Shown here: positions 38,202-52,309 of the stretch, in pieces | Layout of the letters: every line of letters starts with the position of its first letter | How positions within the stretch are numbered: position 1 is the first letter of the stretch | Source of the DNA: Raja brachyura | Lineage: Eukaryota | Assembly: GCA_963514005.1 (NCBI GenBank) | Contig: OY740800.1 | Location: 41,602,001-41,666,000, forward strand | Reading direction: 5' to 3' | Length of the DNA stretch: 64,000 nt | Translations under genes and position numbers: made by a program | Notes under the pieces: generated by a model | What the model saw: the letters and a program-made list of their open reading frames with translations, nothing else | Told to the model about the DNA's origin: nothing | The model's database searches: none

Positions 38202-39069
38202 ATGAGAAGAATGTAGATGCTCTGCTCATTTCATTTTCAATAATATTTATTTCTGTCTTATGATCAGGTTCAATTACCGTTCCAATACTCAGTTCCCACA
38301 ATGATATTATCACCATTCATTGCACAATTACATTTTCTCCTGTAGGTACTTTTCAGAGCCTCCTGTAAACTCAGCTCTTCAACAATATTCAAAATGTACA
38401 ATTGTACATTTCTATGGCCATACAGGTTGTAGTTTAGCTAGATTAAAGGCAAATGTTAAATATATGTTATTACGTAATACGTGACCATATATTGATTAGC
38501 ACCTGTAGAAATGGAGGTGTAGGAAGTGAATGACTGACTCCTGTATCAACTTCTGGAAGTAAGTGGTGACTCTGCCAATGCTTCAATGCACCCAATCATT
38601 TGCTCGTCAGAATGCAGATTGATTGGAATTGCAGCAGAACATACTTTGCCTGGGATGAATTTAAAAAGACGTGCACACTGACAGCAAGAGATTTTTGCAT
38701 CTGGGATTGGATTGTTTCTTACATTCTTTGTGGGTGAACTCAGATTGCAAGCAGCTGAATGTGAGATTTATGGTTAAGGCTTAGATTATTGTATCAGATT
38801 GTTCCAACTTGTTTAACCATTTACATACAGGACTGGATGATGATTCAGTTAGATAACACCAGAGTGTAGTAAAATGGCTACAGATCTCCCATTGATGAAA
38901 ATAATTTAACTCACTTGCAGCAAGGCAACTGGCAAATTATGTGATGACATGCTTCAATATTAACGTCATATGTCCTTGATTTACTAAACATTAAAAGGGT
39001 TTTTTTCAAAATCTTTTGTCATGCAGAGAATGGGAATAATTGTTGTCTTTATCTCCAGGAATTAGAAAT

Positions 39070-39530
39070 GTCAAACGAATAAATAAAAATGGTAAGTACT
39101 TGAACTATCCAGCAAATCAGGCAGCATTATGTAGAACAGGAAACAGTTAACGTTTTTAGTCAATGATCCTTCATAGGAACAGGAGAAGTGAGAAAACAAG
39201 GGACTTTTCAGTTGCAGAGAGGGAGAGACAGAGTGCGTGCAACAAAAAGAATATGCTGAAACTGCAAAAGGCACACAGGTCCAGCATGTTCTTTTGATTT
39301 TCTTATTCTTACTTTCTCTCTCACTGCCCTCATTCTCAAAGCATTGTGTCACCTGGGTAGCCATGATCCCCACCCTATTAGTAACATACTTTTGATCACC
39401 ACCCATCCCCCTTTTTTGCAATTTAAAACACACTTGTTTTCTCACGTAATAAAATCATTAAATGCTGGAAACACTCAGCAGGTCAGGCAGCACCTGTGGA
39501 AAGAGAAACAGATGCTGCCTAACTTGCCGA
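39070..39530. mobile_element. Degraded Penelope-derived fragments
   Basis: aatgctggaaacactcagcaggtcaggcagc and related arms in both orientations. Confidence 0.5.
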
Positions 39531-40394
39531 GTGAGACCTCAGTGGTAAGAAGGCTTCATGTGGCAAACCGCCAAAGCTCCACTCCCTGAAGACACTGATA
39601 GCCTTTGCCAAGAGGTAAGGCAGGGGGCAGAGCCTCAGCTCCTCAGAAAACCTGGAAGGCCTTGCAATAGGTTTAAAATGTCTCCGATCTTCACATCATT
39701 TCAATTATTTTTAATTGCTTTATATATTTGAAAATAATAAAAAAATATTAAAGCACTAAACAGTAAAAATATTGAAATAAAGTGAAAAGGTATGACATTA
39801 ATGAATAACCAAATGTGTATTTTCCTATCTAAGCTACAGGACCAGAATTTTCAAGAGTGGTGGATTTGCACAACTCCAGGTCTCACTTTACTTAAAACAC
39901 TCAAGCCCTGGATAGCCATTTCCTTTTGGGACTGTGTAACATTTGTACAAAGTCTTGATTGGACTCCATTCACTTTGGGCACTGACTTTCAGAAAGGTGC
40001 CATTGAATGCAGATTCCCATGTTTCAACCAGTGTCCTCAGAATCATATGGGATGGTAGTAAAAAATAGGTTTGCGTTCGTTCAGTATAGAAATGAAGGGT
40101 CATTGATACAAGGTGTGCAAAATCATTCAGCTAGGTAGATGCAGAGAAGCAATTTCCACCAGTGAAAGAACACATATCAAAAGGACATCACCTCAAAACA
40201 ATGCTTGGGCCATTTGGGATTAAACGACAAAGCACATTTTCATGTGAAGGATTTGAGTAAACAGAATCAAGCTATTTCACCTGCTGCCATTTATTCTTTG
40301 CTCCCTCTGAAGCTCCAAATTTAACATTTGTGTTTGCCTATCGCCATACAACGCACTTGAATTGTTAATGTAAGACAAAAACCCCCCACAATTT

Positions 40395-40491
40395 TGAAGG
40401 AGGGTCTTGACCCGAAACATCACCCATCCCTTTTCTACAGAAATGCTGCCTGACCTGCTGAGTTACTCCAGCACTTTATGTCTATCTTCAA
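40395..40491 (+). mobile_element. Short Penelope-derived insert
   Basis: tgaaggagggtcttgacccgaaacatcacc...; direct repeat cacaattt at 40387-40394 and 40492-40499. Confidence 0.75.
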
Positions 40492-40935
40492 CACAATTTG
40501 ACAAATTAGTTTGGCTTGACTGAAATGGTTTTAAGATCTAGGGGCCATCATCCACTTTGTATGATCCACTTAATGTACCAACATTATATCCCTTTGGTAT
40601 CGCCATGACTAGTTCAGTTGCCTGATACTTGTTCTTTTAACCATAGCTTATGGGGAAAGCCACCTTACAGGTCTGCTGACAAGTAGTGATGGATATAACT
40701 ACAACAAGCTAACATGTTTTACAGTTACAGAGACTGCAGATGTTGGAATCTGGAGCAAATGACAAGCTGTCAGAGGAACTTAGTGGATAAGGTGCAACTA
40801 TGGAGAGAAATGAACAGTCAACGTTATGAGTAGAGACTCTTCACTTCATCATCATTCACATGAAGGGTCTCAACACAAAAGATTGACTACAGGTGCTGGA
40901 ATCTTGAGCAAAAAACAATCGGGAATCTTGAGCAA

Positions 40936-41048
40936 AATCTGAAGTAGGGTCCCTCCTTAGATGCTGCCTGACCTGCTACCTTCCTCCAACATTATTAGAT
41001 GAAGGCAGCAGGTCAGGCAGCATCTATGGAGGGACCCTACTTCAGATT
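40936..41048. repeat. Near-perfect inverted repeat (48-bp arms, 17-nt loop) of Penelope-derived sequence
   Basis: Arm 40936-40983 versus reverse complement of 41001-41048: 2 mismatches. Lies in a Penelope-derived cluster at ~40730-41240. Confidence 0.9.
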
Positions 41049-44000
41049 GGCAAAGGAGATGAATGCTGGAAAAGAGAGGACTGAGTGGAGCAAAGCCTAG
41101 CAAGTGATAGGTAGAGGCAGGCAAGCTTGGCGAGGTGGGAGGGGTAGTTTAAATGACAAAAGCTAGACGTGAAATGGAGTCAAACTGTGTCAGATGAGTT
41201 ATGAAATGTAAAGTCAGGAGAGGGATAAGAGTAGGATAAAAGGGTGGGAAAAGAGGGGAAACACAAACATATTGAAAGTCAGGATCACTGACCTTGTCAC
41301 TGTTGTCACAGGTCACTGTTTTAAGCCTTAAAAATAAATAATCATTAATTAAAAAAAATTCAAACAAAAGATACACAACATAATGACCATATTTTATAAC
41401 TAACACCAGTAAGTTCCAATCCATTCGTTCAGATTAATCTGCATATGTACAGCAACTTCCAGTGACTTTGCACAAGCAGTAACATTTGGAAAATGCTGTC
41501 TGAGATTGGATCTCCTTGATAAACTCACGAATATAGCAGCATGCATGGAATTGGGTGAAGATGCTGTACCTTACTAATATATACACACATAAAACACAGC
41601 GGGAAAGTTTCAGGCCTTTCACTTCATAGTAAGGGATCTTCGATGAGGTGATAAGTTTTAGTTACTGTGAATAAGTACTCTCAGCCACTGAAAATCTATT
41701 TGAATAAAGAAGGAATGATGCAGATTTTACATTGGAGATTTTAAGGAATAAATAAATTATTAAACTTTTTCTCTCTCTTATCTACCTTTCAATCCAGCAT
41801 TTCCCTACCCCTCAAATTCACTTTCTGAATTTGACATTAACATTGAAGACTCGGGTTCTGCTCCGATGAATACGTCTTCAATCCAATTGATTTACGATGC
41901 ACACAATTGCTTGCCCTGTTCACATGGATCCCAGATGTCCAATAAAAGGGGCTGATTTTTCATTGGCTGGCAGGAATTTCAGTGCAAGAGGCAACAAAAT
42001 GTTTTTATGTATGTAGAACTGTAATGGCTCTGGCCATTTGCCAGTGGCAACAAAATTAGACCAATTCTCTTTCTTTCATATTTTCTTACTCTTCCTCTGA
42101 ACTAATCCCTGAGAGGGACAAGGCATCTTCTAATGTCACACCATCAAAGCCAAATACCCCCCTGCCCCATCCCCCTTACACTAGCTCTCTCTCACACAGA
42201 TTCAGATGGCGTTGTGGATGCTAATGATAAAAGTGAGGGGGGAATGAAATAACGGAAAGGGGAGGGGGGGGGATGAGAGATTGAGAGAGGGGGATTGAGA
42301 AAGGGGGGAATGAGAGGATGAGAGAGGAGCGAGACAAGATTACTATATTTTTTAAGTCAAAGTTACTTTCTACAATTTTTCTCTTGCCTGTAAATTGACC
42401 ACATTTTTTAAACATTTCTGTCTGGAACTAAATATCTTAATTTTGCCATTATTTGATAACAAGAATTGCAGCAAAATCTGAAAAAGTCATCTCGTTAACC
42501 ACAAACTCTTATGTAATATCTACCAGAGGTTGCTCCATAATTAAAGTAGGAAACATAGATTATTTTTCATTGCATAGCCTCGGGGTTCCAAGGTTAGTGG
42601 GAGCACCCTAATCTTGCTTTAAAAGCTATTCGGCGTGGTTTAAACAATGAGAGTTGGAAGGATAATTCAATACAAAAGCAATCAACTTGAACCAAAATCC
42701 ATTTTTACTTGCTGTCCTTGCGTAGGTCTTGCCTGTTACTTAGGGTGAAAGTAACTGAATGCTGTTCAAGAAAATAAATCCAAGATTTTTCTGATCTGCA
42801 TTTGTTATGACTGCATTGGCACACTATTCATGAAACTCCAGAAGTAAAGCAAATTATTGCTAACGCCATTGATTACAGGGATACATGCATCTAATTGTGT
42901 TAGAGCAGAACACTGAAACTCTGCAATAAAAATCCTTGGAAGCTTCCTGCAGGTTCAATGAGAATGCACTGGAACTGTCACAAACAGCCTAAATTTGCTC
43001 CTCTGCTCATCTTACGTAATATAATTTGCTCATGTTTGCACTGTCTGATCCCTTTTATGTATCAGCAAACTTGACTACGTTGTGTCAAGTTTACAAAGTG
43101 ATTCAGATGATCAGACCAGGGGCATCCACCTCAGTACTCCCTCAATCCCACAATTACAGCAACCTCTCTTTCAACCATTCAGCCAATTCAGACATTCTTG
43201 AGGCTTGACTATATAATTGCGCCTGACACTTTAATGTGCTACTGAGCAAGATGCCTCTTTTGGATAAATTGATAAATGGCTGCAGATGGTTGTAAAGATT
43301 TCTCAGCCAGTCCATTGTTCCAATATTCCCCTGAGTGGGACCCCATTCATCCACACTCCTCATTCCTTCCTTGAGCTTACCTCCTCATTGGGCCAGACCG
43401 TCCTTGAGACAAGTGGCCCTGAATGGCAAAAGAATTTAGAAGAATGTAATGGCCCAGCCAAACCAAGCCCCACCCACAAAACCTCTCTCAAAACCTTTGT
43501 CAGATGGAAAATCCCCATCTCAAACAGAGAAACAATTTTGACATTCAGGAATATTTAAAAAAAACTAGTGAGCTGAAGCTTCTTTGCAGTGGCAGGCAGT
43601 TCCCTTTGAAACTGCTATCATTCATCTATTTGTACAAAGGCAAGTCCCATATTTCCATGGATCTGCTGCAGATTCAGGACTTAGTGGTGGTGCCACTTCT
43701 GTCATTCCCCTCCACTAGAGTAAACCCCGCAGAACCCATTGACGAAGCCCAGTCTTGCTGGGTTTCACAAGCATAATGCTCGACAATTTCAGATTAGACC
43801 CAATGCTGGACTGGCCACAACATTTTTTACATGGCAATTCTCATGTCAAGTGGAATAGAGAGGATAAATAACCAAAATAAAATAATAAAACGATTTGTCG
43901 GTGTGTTAACAGAAGAAATAAAGTTTAATAAAAGTTATTAAAACTACTTCACATATTGAAAAAGAGGCTTCTTTCCCAGCTTGGCTTTTACCAAGGCTAT

Positions 44001-44279
44001 TGGCTTTTACCAGGCCATTGATCCCTGGTGGTTGTGGGCTACATCTGTACATCATCCAAGGCTTTTGTGCTACCAAACGCATGGGTGCATCGGTGCACTG
44101 GGAAAGGCAGGTTGGTGGACACCATGGGCAACAATCCTCAACGATTACCATGTCAAATACTCAAGAGGAAGCTGGAGAATCGGCTAGTTTTGTACCATCT
44201 TTGAATTCCATGCGTCCAACAAAGAAATTGCTGCCTGCACTAATGACAAACCTCAATTTTATTAAATTATTGTCAGAGC

Positions 44280-44510
44280 TGAAACATAAAACAAACTGCT
44301 GGAAAGAACTCAATAGGTTAAGAAGCATTAGTGGAGGCCAAGGGATGGTTGACATTTTGGGCCAAGATCCTGCATCATTCCTGATGTAGGGCCTCATCCC
44401 AAAATAATGACCATCGCATCGCACTGCTTCCACAGATGCTACCTGGCTCACCGAGATCTTCCAGCACTTTATTGTTCGCTCCAGATTCCAGCATCTGCAG
44501 TGTCTGATCT
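44280..44510. mobile_element. Degraded inverted-dimer Penelope-derived unit
   Basis: ctgctggaaagaactc... then ctgatgtagggcctcatcccaaaa...cagatgctacctggctcaccgag...ccagcatctgcag. Confidence 0.6.
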
Positions 44511-44539
44511 TTCCATCATCAGAACCAAGTCTCTGATTA

Positions 44540-45065
44540 TATAACTCATTGAACAGTACAGCACAAGAACATAATGATGAACATGATGCCAAATTACACT
44601 AATCCCTTCAACTGCACAGGACCCATTACCCTCCCTTCCCTACATATTCATGTGCCTTTTTAAAAGAATCAAACACATATCCATTATAATACAATTATAT
44701 CAATTTCCTCCACCACCCCATGCGTTCTAGGCACCCACTACTCTGTGTACAAAAAATAGCTTCATAGATCTCCTTTAAACTTTCCACATCTGATTTTAAA
44801 GCTATGCCTTATAGTATTTGACATTTCCATCCTGGGAGAATGATTCTGACTATCTATCCTACATGCCTCTCAATTTATCAGGTCTCCCTTTGGTCTCTGA
44901 TGTTTCAGAGAAAACTCTCCAAGTCTGTTCAACCTCTTCTAAAATCTGATATTCTCTAATCAGGTAGCATTCTGGTAAATCTCTTCTGCACCCTCATAAA
45001 GCATCCACATCTTTCCTACAACGGGCAGACCAAAATGACACACAATATTCCAAATGCGGCCTAAC
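44540..45065 (-). mobile_element. Old CR1 3' fragment
   Basis: Reverse similarity to the CR1 ORF2 end (cacacaatattccaaatgcggcct = RPHLEYCV). Confidence 0.7.
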
Positions 45066-45126
45066 TCAACTCATTTATGTTCATGCAACGTTCTGCATCT
45101 TTGCTATGTTTGAATAATGAATACAT

Positions 45127-45750
45127 GGATTTGAGTATAGGAGCAGGGAGGTTCTACTGCAGTTGTACAGAGTTTTGGTGAGACCACACCTGGAGTATTG
45201 CGTACAGTTTTGGTCTCCAAATCTGAGACAAGACATTCTTGCCATAAAGGGGGTACAGAGAAGGTTCACCAGACTGATTCCTGGGATGTCAGGACTTTCA
45301 TATGAGGAAAGACTGGATAGACTTGGCTTGTACTCGCTAGAATTTAGAAGACTGAGAGGGGATCTTATAGAAACTTACAAAATTCTTAAGGGGTTGGATA
45401 GGCTAGATGCAGGAAGATTGTTCCCAATGTTGGGGAGGTCCAGAACAAGGGGTCACAGTCTAAGGATAAGGGGCAATTCCTATAGGACCGAGATGAGGAA
45501 AACATTTTTCAAACCGAGAGTGGTGAGTCTCTGGAATTATCTGCCACAGAAGGTAGTTGAGGCCAGTTCATTGGCTATATTTAAGAGGGAGTTAGATGTG
45601 GCCCTTGTGGCTAAAGGGATCAGGGGGTATGGAGAGAAGGCAGGTTCAGGATACCGAGTTGGATGATCAGCCATGATCATATTGAGTGGCGGTGCAGGCT
45701 CGAAGGGCCGAATGGCCTACTCCTGCACCTATTTTCTATGTTTCTATGTT
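45127..45750 (+). mobile_element. Young 5'-truncated CR1 LINE
   Basis: Open ORF 45163-45666 nearly identical to the C-terminus of ORF 49104-49976; (TTCTATGT)n tail. Confidence 0.95.
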
Positions 45751-47264
45751 AAAAGAGGTGTTGCATTGACTTTCATGGCTGTGAAAGATGTCGTATGTAA
45801 ATAAAATTTGTTCCTAACAAGATGAGGCAGGGTTTGGATGTGGACAGGAGGGCATGATCAGGGACCAATACATTAGTTAGATTGGCCTGCATAAACAATA
45901 GGACACATGATAACCGAACGCTTGCTTAATGACGAAACTCCCACCGCTTTTATGATAGTGGAGATGAGAGTTTTTTTTAAACACTTATGAATGGAAGTAA
46001 TTGGGTGAACTTCAAACCATCAGAAAGAGCATCCCAGGTTCATTCATCCTCCGTCAGCACTAGTTTCATCCACCCCCACACCATTGCATCCACCAACCTG
46101 ACCAGCATTCAATTTTAAATGACATTCATCAACCATGTCAAAAATGTACACTCCAATTCTACAAATCGCCCCTCTCAAAAAGTGGACTTATGACAAGGTA
46201 ACTACTGCCACAAGTCGCTCATTAAGATTCATACCACTGTCAATACAATTCCAATGTAATTACACACAGCCCAACAGTGTTTTGAACACATTTAGAACAA
46301 GACCTGGAGCAAGCATTCTTTACTGAACAATGACAGAATCAACTGTTCCAAAGTCCACATGATTCGTTCTGCAAAAGGTTGTTCTAGTAACTATGGCAGC
46401 AGACAAGTGATGTCTGGGTCACAGAAAATTTAGGAGTGCAGACAAAACTACATAGTATGCTATCAATTTAATAGCCCATGAGCCAACACCTGCGTGAACC
46501 AACTAAACAAACACAGGCCGGCAACAACCATATAATTCTGTAGCCAGGTCAGCACTGCATTAGCATCTATGTCGGGTCTTTTAGCTTTGTTTTTAAATGT
46601 ACAAAAGTACGAACGAAAAAAAAGATTTGTAGCAGCAAAAAATACTTTACCTCTACACAAATGAAACTATTATAAACCATTACAGATAATCAGTTTGAAA
46701 TTGTCAAGTGAGCAGTGCCATTATAGATTTAGTATATTTCTGCAATCTGCGATGGACATGGCATTGTAAATGGGATTCTACAGTTCAGATGTTATTGATT
46801 CACACAAACAACCTGGTATTTTCAGCTGCTGTAAACTTGTTATAAAGATCTAGAATTGCTTTAGTTCAATTTGAACGAAACTGATAAGCTTCCTGTAAAA
46901 TCATAACCTTTATTGTTAATCTAGAAGTTATTTGCTGTTCCATTAGGCCCGTGCCTTCGATGGGAGCTTCAGTCAGAGCATTTCTATCCCATTGGCATCA
47001 CAAAATGCCGACACAAAGAACTGCATACGCTGGTTTACAAAATGCTGCTAGTTTCAGTGAGGCAGAATCAATTTTCTAGTCGCTAGATTATAACTCTATC
47101 CGACATACATATGCCAAATTCTAATGCGAATCAAAGTGCTGCGATTTAAAAAAAATCTATATTTGCAATTAAAAAAATCAGTTTTAATCTTGTGGGTTCG
47201 AGACAAAAATCAGGCAAGTAGCATGCCTAAGAAATTGAGAGAGTGCAGATAAGTGAGAATAAAT

Positions 47265-47730
47265 AGATCATATTCTGCTTGGGTAGCTTGCAACCTAATG
47301 GCATGAACATCACATTTTCCAATATTGGGTAACTAATCCACAAACAGCCTCCCTTCCACCCCCCTCCTTGCCTGTGCCCCATGTGGATTTGCACCCATTT
47401 CTCTCCTTCCTCTGTTCTCTTCCACTTGTATTCCTTTCTCTGGCTTCACGATTCACACTTCTTCTGTCCTTATCTCACATTGTTTGTATTTTCGTCTCTT
47501 GGCCTTTGATCAACCATATTCCTCTCAAACCCCCCCCTCCCCCCAACTCACCTATCACTCCAGTTTTTGTCCTGCTCCAATCTCTCTTCCTGTGACAAAT
47601 AAATTTGACTTTGTCTTTGCTTTCTCCCCCACCACAGTCAGTCTGAGGAAGGATCCCAATCAGAAACATCACCTATCCATGTTCTCCAGAGGTACTGCCT
47701 GATCCGTCGAGTTATTCCAGAACATTGTTT
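47265..47730 (+). mobile_element. Penelope-like element 3' end: GIY-YIG C-terminus, pyrimidine tract, hammerhead-bearing unit
   Basis: IIFCLGSLQPNGMNITFSNIG*, then a C/T-rich UTR, then gtctgaggaaggatcccaatcagaaacatcacctatccatgttctccagag. Confidence 0.7.
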
Positions 47731-49006
47731 CATTTTTATCAGAATAAATTTGATGGATATGTTATGCCATTTCAATGCTCGAAAAGGTGAGAAATTTGTA
47801 TCTTATCACAAAGTTCCATGATTGATTGGCGTAGTAGACTTGATGGGCCAAATGGCCTAATTCTGCTCTTATCTCTTATGATCCTACGAAGCCTTCAAAA
47901 TATATTTTGGCGAATGCATTACAAGAACTTTACAATATGCATAGAAATGAACCAATTGACTGTGACCAACTCTTTCCTCATAACCAGGAACGCAGAGAAT
48001 CGTTTAATATTTACTCAATTAACTGTTAACAGACAGTAATTTCAGAGATTTTGAATACTAATTTACTAGAGGTAGTATTATTTGTGGAACCTGGGAATCG
48101 AGCCTAAGGGATAGCTGCTGTGCAATAGAGAGTTAACTCTAATAAAGTGCAGTCAAAAATGCAAAGCTGCCAAACTATCCAAAGCCAGGTTAAAAGTGCT
48201 GGACGGCCAACAGAAAGAAGTATGTGCAGTGAAGCACGAGACAAAAAACAGAACAGGAAAAGTACAGCCAAGGTCAGTTAGATGTTGCAAGTATTGTGGA
48301 TGGCAATATAACTAACTGAAAAAACATCCTTCAAATGTGAATGAGAGCACATTGAGTAGAATGGAAAATTATTTCTTCAAATAGTGCTCAAAAAAGACAT
48401 CAAACAACTGAATTTAAGTGTGTTTTATACATACAGAGGAAAGGTTAGAGTATCATTTGACACAATTCATTAGGGACCATACAAGGCTCACTCAGTGAAA
48501 GGAACACCCACTGGATGTATTTATAAAAATGTTGGTTAAAGCGAAATAGTGACAATTCAATTGGACTGGGAATAACCTGTAATGCTCCTGTAAAGCAATC
48601 CAATAATTTTGAGCGATGCAATTAAACTCTGTGTGCTTTGTGCTATACAGTAGATGTGCCACAAGCCTGCTACTAACTAAGCCAATTGGGGGATTATCTT
48701 TAAAGGTGCTGAGCTCAAAGCTTGGCTGTGGCTAATTTAATATTTCTGTGTAGTATTTGGACATTTTTCGAAAGTGGTCTAAGCTCAGAGTATGTTCATT
48801 GGTATGTTTCGGGGCATATCTTACTCTGTCACCTGAGCAGTTTTGTAGCTGTGACTATCACTTAATGTGAAAATTGTGCTTTCAGTACCAACATCAGAAT
48901 TTTCATCTGATTAAAACGCCTGAAGATGGGTCTCACCTATCCATATTCTCCAGAGATGCTGCATCTGCAGTCCTTGTTTCTATATCAATAATTACCTTTT
49001 GTTTCA

Positions 49007-51120
49007 TAGAAACATAGAAACATAGAAAATAGGTGCAGGAGTAGGCCATTCGGCCCATCGAACCTGCACCGCCATTCAATGTGATCATGGCTGATCATCC
49101 AACTCAGTATCCCGTACCTGCCTTCTCTCCATACCCCCTGATCCCTTTAGTCACAAGTGCCACATCTAACGCCCTCTTAAATATAGCCAATGAACTGGCC
49201 TCAACTACCTTCTGTGGCAGAGAATTCCAGAGACTCACGACTCTCTGTGTAAAGAATGTTTTCCTCATTTCGGTCCTAAAGGAATTCCCCCTTATCCTTA
49301 GACTGTGACCCCTTGTTCTGGACTCCCCCAACATCGGGAACAATCTTCCAGCATCTAGCTTGTCCAACCCCTTAAGAATTTTGTAAGTTTCTATAAGATC
49401 CCCCCTCAATCTTCTAAATTCCAGCGAGTACAAGCCGAGTCTATCCAATCTTTCCTCATATGAAAGTCCTGACATCCCAGGAATCAGTCTGGTGAATCTT
49501 CTCTGTACCCCCTCTATGGCAAGGATGTCTTTCCTTAGATTTGGAGACCAAAACTGTACGCAATACTCCAGGTGTGGCCTCACCAAAACCCTGTACAACT
49601 GCAGTAGAACCTCCCTGCTCCTATACTCAAATCCTTTCGCTATGAATGCTAACATACCATTCGCTTTCTTCACTGCCTGCTGCACCTGCATGCCTACTTT
49701 CAATGACTGGTGTACCATGACACCCAGGTCTCGTTGCATCTCCCCCTTTCCTAATCTGCCACCATTCAGATAATAGTCTACCCTCATGTTTTTGCCACCA
49801 AAGTGGATAACCTCACATTTATCCACATTATACTGCATCTGCCATGCATCTGCCCATTCACTCAGCCTATCCAAATCACCCTGCAGCCTCCAAGCATCCT
49901 CCTCACACCTAACTATACCCCCCAGCTTGGTATCATCTGCAAATTTGGAGATGTTGCATTGAATTCCCTCGTCCAAATCATTAATATATATATTGTAAAT
50001 AGCTGGGGTCCCAGCACTGAGCCTTGCGGCACCCCACTAGTCACTGCCTGCCATTCTGAAAAGGACCCGTTTACTCCTACCCTTTGCCTCATGTCTGCTA
50101 GCCAGTTCTCTATCCACATCAATACTGAACCCCCAATACCATGTGCTTTAAGTTTGTATGCTAATCTCTTATGCGGGACCTTGTCGAAAGCCTTCTGAAA
50201 GTCTAGATATAACACATCCACTGGTTCTCCCTTATCCACTCTACTAGTTACATCCTCAAAAAATTCTATCAGATTTGTCAGACATGATTAACCTTTCGTA
50301 AATCCATGCTGACTTTGTCCAATGATTTCACCACTTTCCAAATGCGCTGCTATCCCATCTTTAATAACTGACTCTAGCAGTTTCCCCACTACCGATGTTA
50401 GACTAACTGGTCTGTAATTCCCCGCTTTCTCTCTCCCTCCTTTTTCAAAAAGTGGGGTTACATTAGCTACCCTCCAATCCTCAGGAACTACTCCAGAATC
50501 TAAGGAATTTTGAAAAATTATCACTAATGCATCCACTATTTCTGTGGCTACCTCCTTGAGTATTCTGGGATGCAGACTATCTGGCCCTGGGGATTTATCG
50601 GCCTTCAATCCGTTCAATTTACCCAACACCACCTCCCGGCTAACCTGGATTTCACTCAGTTCCTCCATCTTATTTGACCCCCGTTCCACTGCTATTTCCG
50701 GCAGATTATTTATGTCTTCCTTAGTGAAGACAGAACCAAAGTAGTTATTCAATTGGTCTGCCATGTCCTTGTTCCCCATGATCAATTCACCTGTTTCTGA
50801 CTGCAAGGGACCAACATTTGTTTTAACTAGTCTCTTTCTCTTCACATATCTATAAAAACTTTTGCAGTCAGTTTTTATGTTCCCTGCCAGTTTCCTTTCA
50901 TTATCTATTTTCCCTTTCCTAATTAAGCCCTTTGTCCTCCTCTGCTGCATTCTGAATTTCTCCCAGTCCTCCGGTAGGCTGCTTTTTCTGGCAAATTTGT
51001 ATGCCTCATCTTTTGTTTTTTTACTATCCCTGATTTCCCTTGTTATCCATGGATGCACCACCTTACCCGATTTATTCTTTTGCCAAACTGGTATGAACAA
51101 CTTTTGTACTTCATCCACCA
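49007..51120 (-). mobile_element. Young CR1 LINE, 5'-truncated ORF2 (reverse transcriptase), inactivated
   Basis: Three consecutive ORFs carry KSPGPD, NYRPVSLTS, LDFQKAFD, GVPQGSVLGP and FADD. One in-frame TAA (50288-50290) and one frameshift in a TA run (~49985-49993). (TTCTATGT)n tail; possible 6-bp TSD gtttca (49001-49006, 51121-51126). Confidence 0.97.
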
Positions 51121-52309
51121 GTTTCAAGACCAGTACTCAATTATATGACCACAATGAGATAGCAAAAGTATCTTATCCCTGTATTCTTGAAGTTACAATG
51201 ATTGAGGTGATCAATTTTCGGCTCCGAGTGGTAATAGCTGCTAATTATCCCAAAAGATTTCTCATGGTCATCATGCTTGATAATTTGATGCATCACTTAC
51301 AATCCTCAATGTCCTTGTTATATTGTAGTGCACCAGAGATTTGCCACTCAGACCCGTTTCCAAAGATCATGCTTCTTGTTGTGCTTTGGTCCACTTCTAT
51401 TTCCTAATCTTCTCTGAGTTACTGCAGTGGTGTAAGTACTGTGGTAGAACTTAGTAAGAATCTGTAAGATAAACAATCTGTATGTGTAAAAGGTACTAGA
51501 ATTGTTTAGGTTTTACTTTGTGGTGATGGAAATGCTCAAGAAACTCAAAAATATGTAGATTTTATTCTGCTTCAACTGTGATGCCTCAGTTACATAGTTG
51601 GTGGTCAAGACCCTGGATGATCGTGGCCATTGTGAATTAAAAGATTTTCAGTAGGGATGTGATTCTGTATTTCAACTCAGTAGAGGAATGTAGGCCCTTT
51701 ACAGTGAGATACTGTTGATTCTTCTCATCCAATCTTGCTGTACATGTGTACAACAAACCCAGTCTCATGAAAAATTTGATTCCTGCCAACTCTGCCATAA
51801 ATCATCAAATGTTTGCACTGGAATTTGTTGACTGGGAATCACTGTGTTTGCTGCTTAATCCGACTGCCTTGTCAATCTTCAGTTTAGTTTATTATTATTG
51901 TCACATGTACTGAGGTACAGTGAAAACATTTAGTTGTGCGCTATCCAGTCAAAGAAAAGACTATACAATCAACAGCATTCAGAGTTTTTGCTGTTCTTTA
52001 ACATGATTCAACTGAGTGTATTATCAGCCAAAAAAACATTTCCATTGCTTCCATGAATGACTTACATACTGCATTGAACACCCCAAGGCTGCTAATGTGA
52101 ACTGTCTGCACTTGAGCCATCATTTTGCCCAATTTTCTTGCCTCCAGACTCCTGTACTGTTCACCTTTTCAATAGTTAGTGTGCTTCCATGTACATTTAA
52201 ATGCAGCCTACTTGTCTTTTTATTATACTACTATTATTTGCCTTCCCCTTATCTTTTATTGATTTGGTGGTGTCTGTGCAAATATACCAACTAACTTTAT
52301 ACCCAGAAC

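Noticed and set aside
44540-45750. Back-to-back CR1 pieces as a single twin-primed inversion
   Set aside because: The halves cover the same ORF2 region and differ greatly in divergence, so they are independent insertions.
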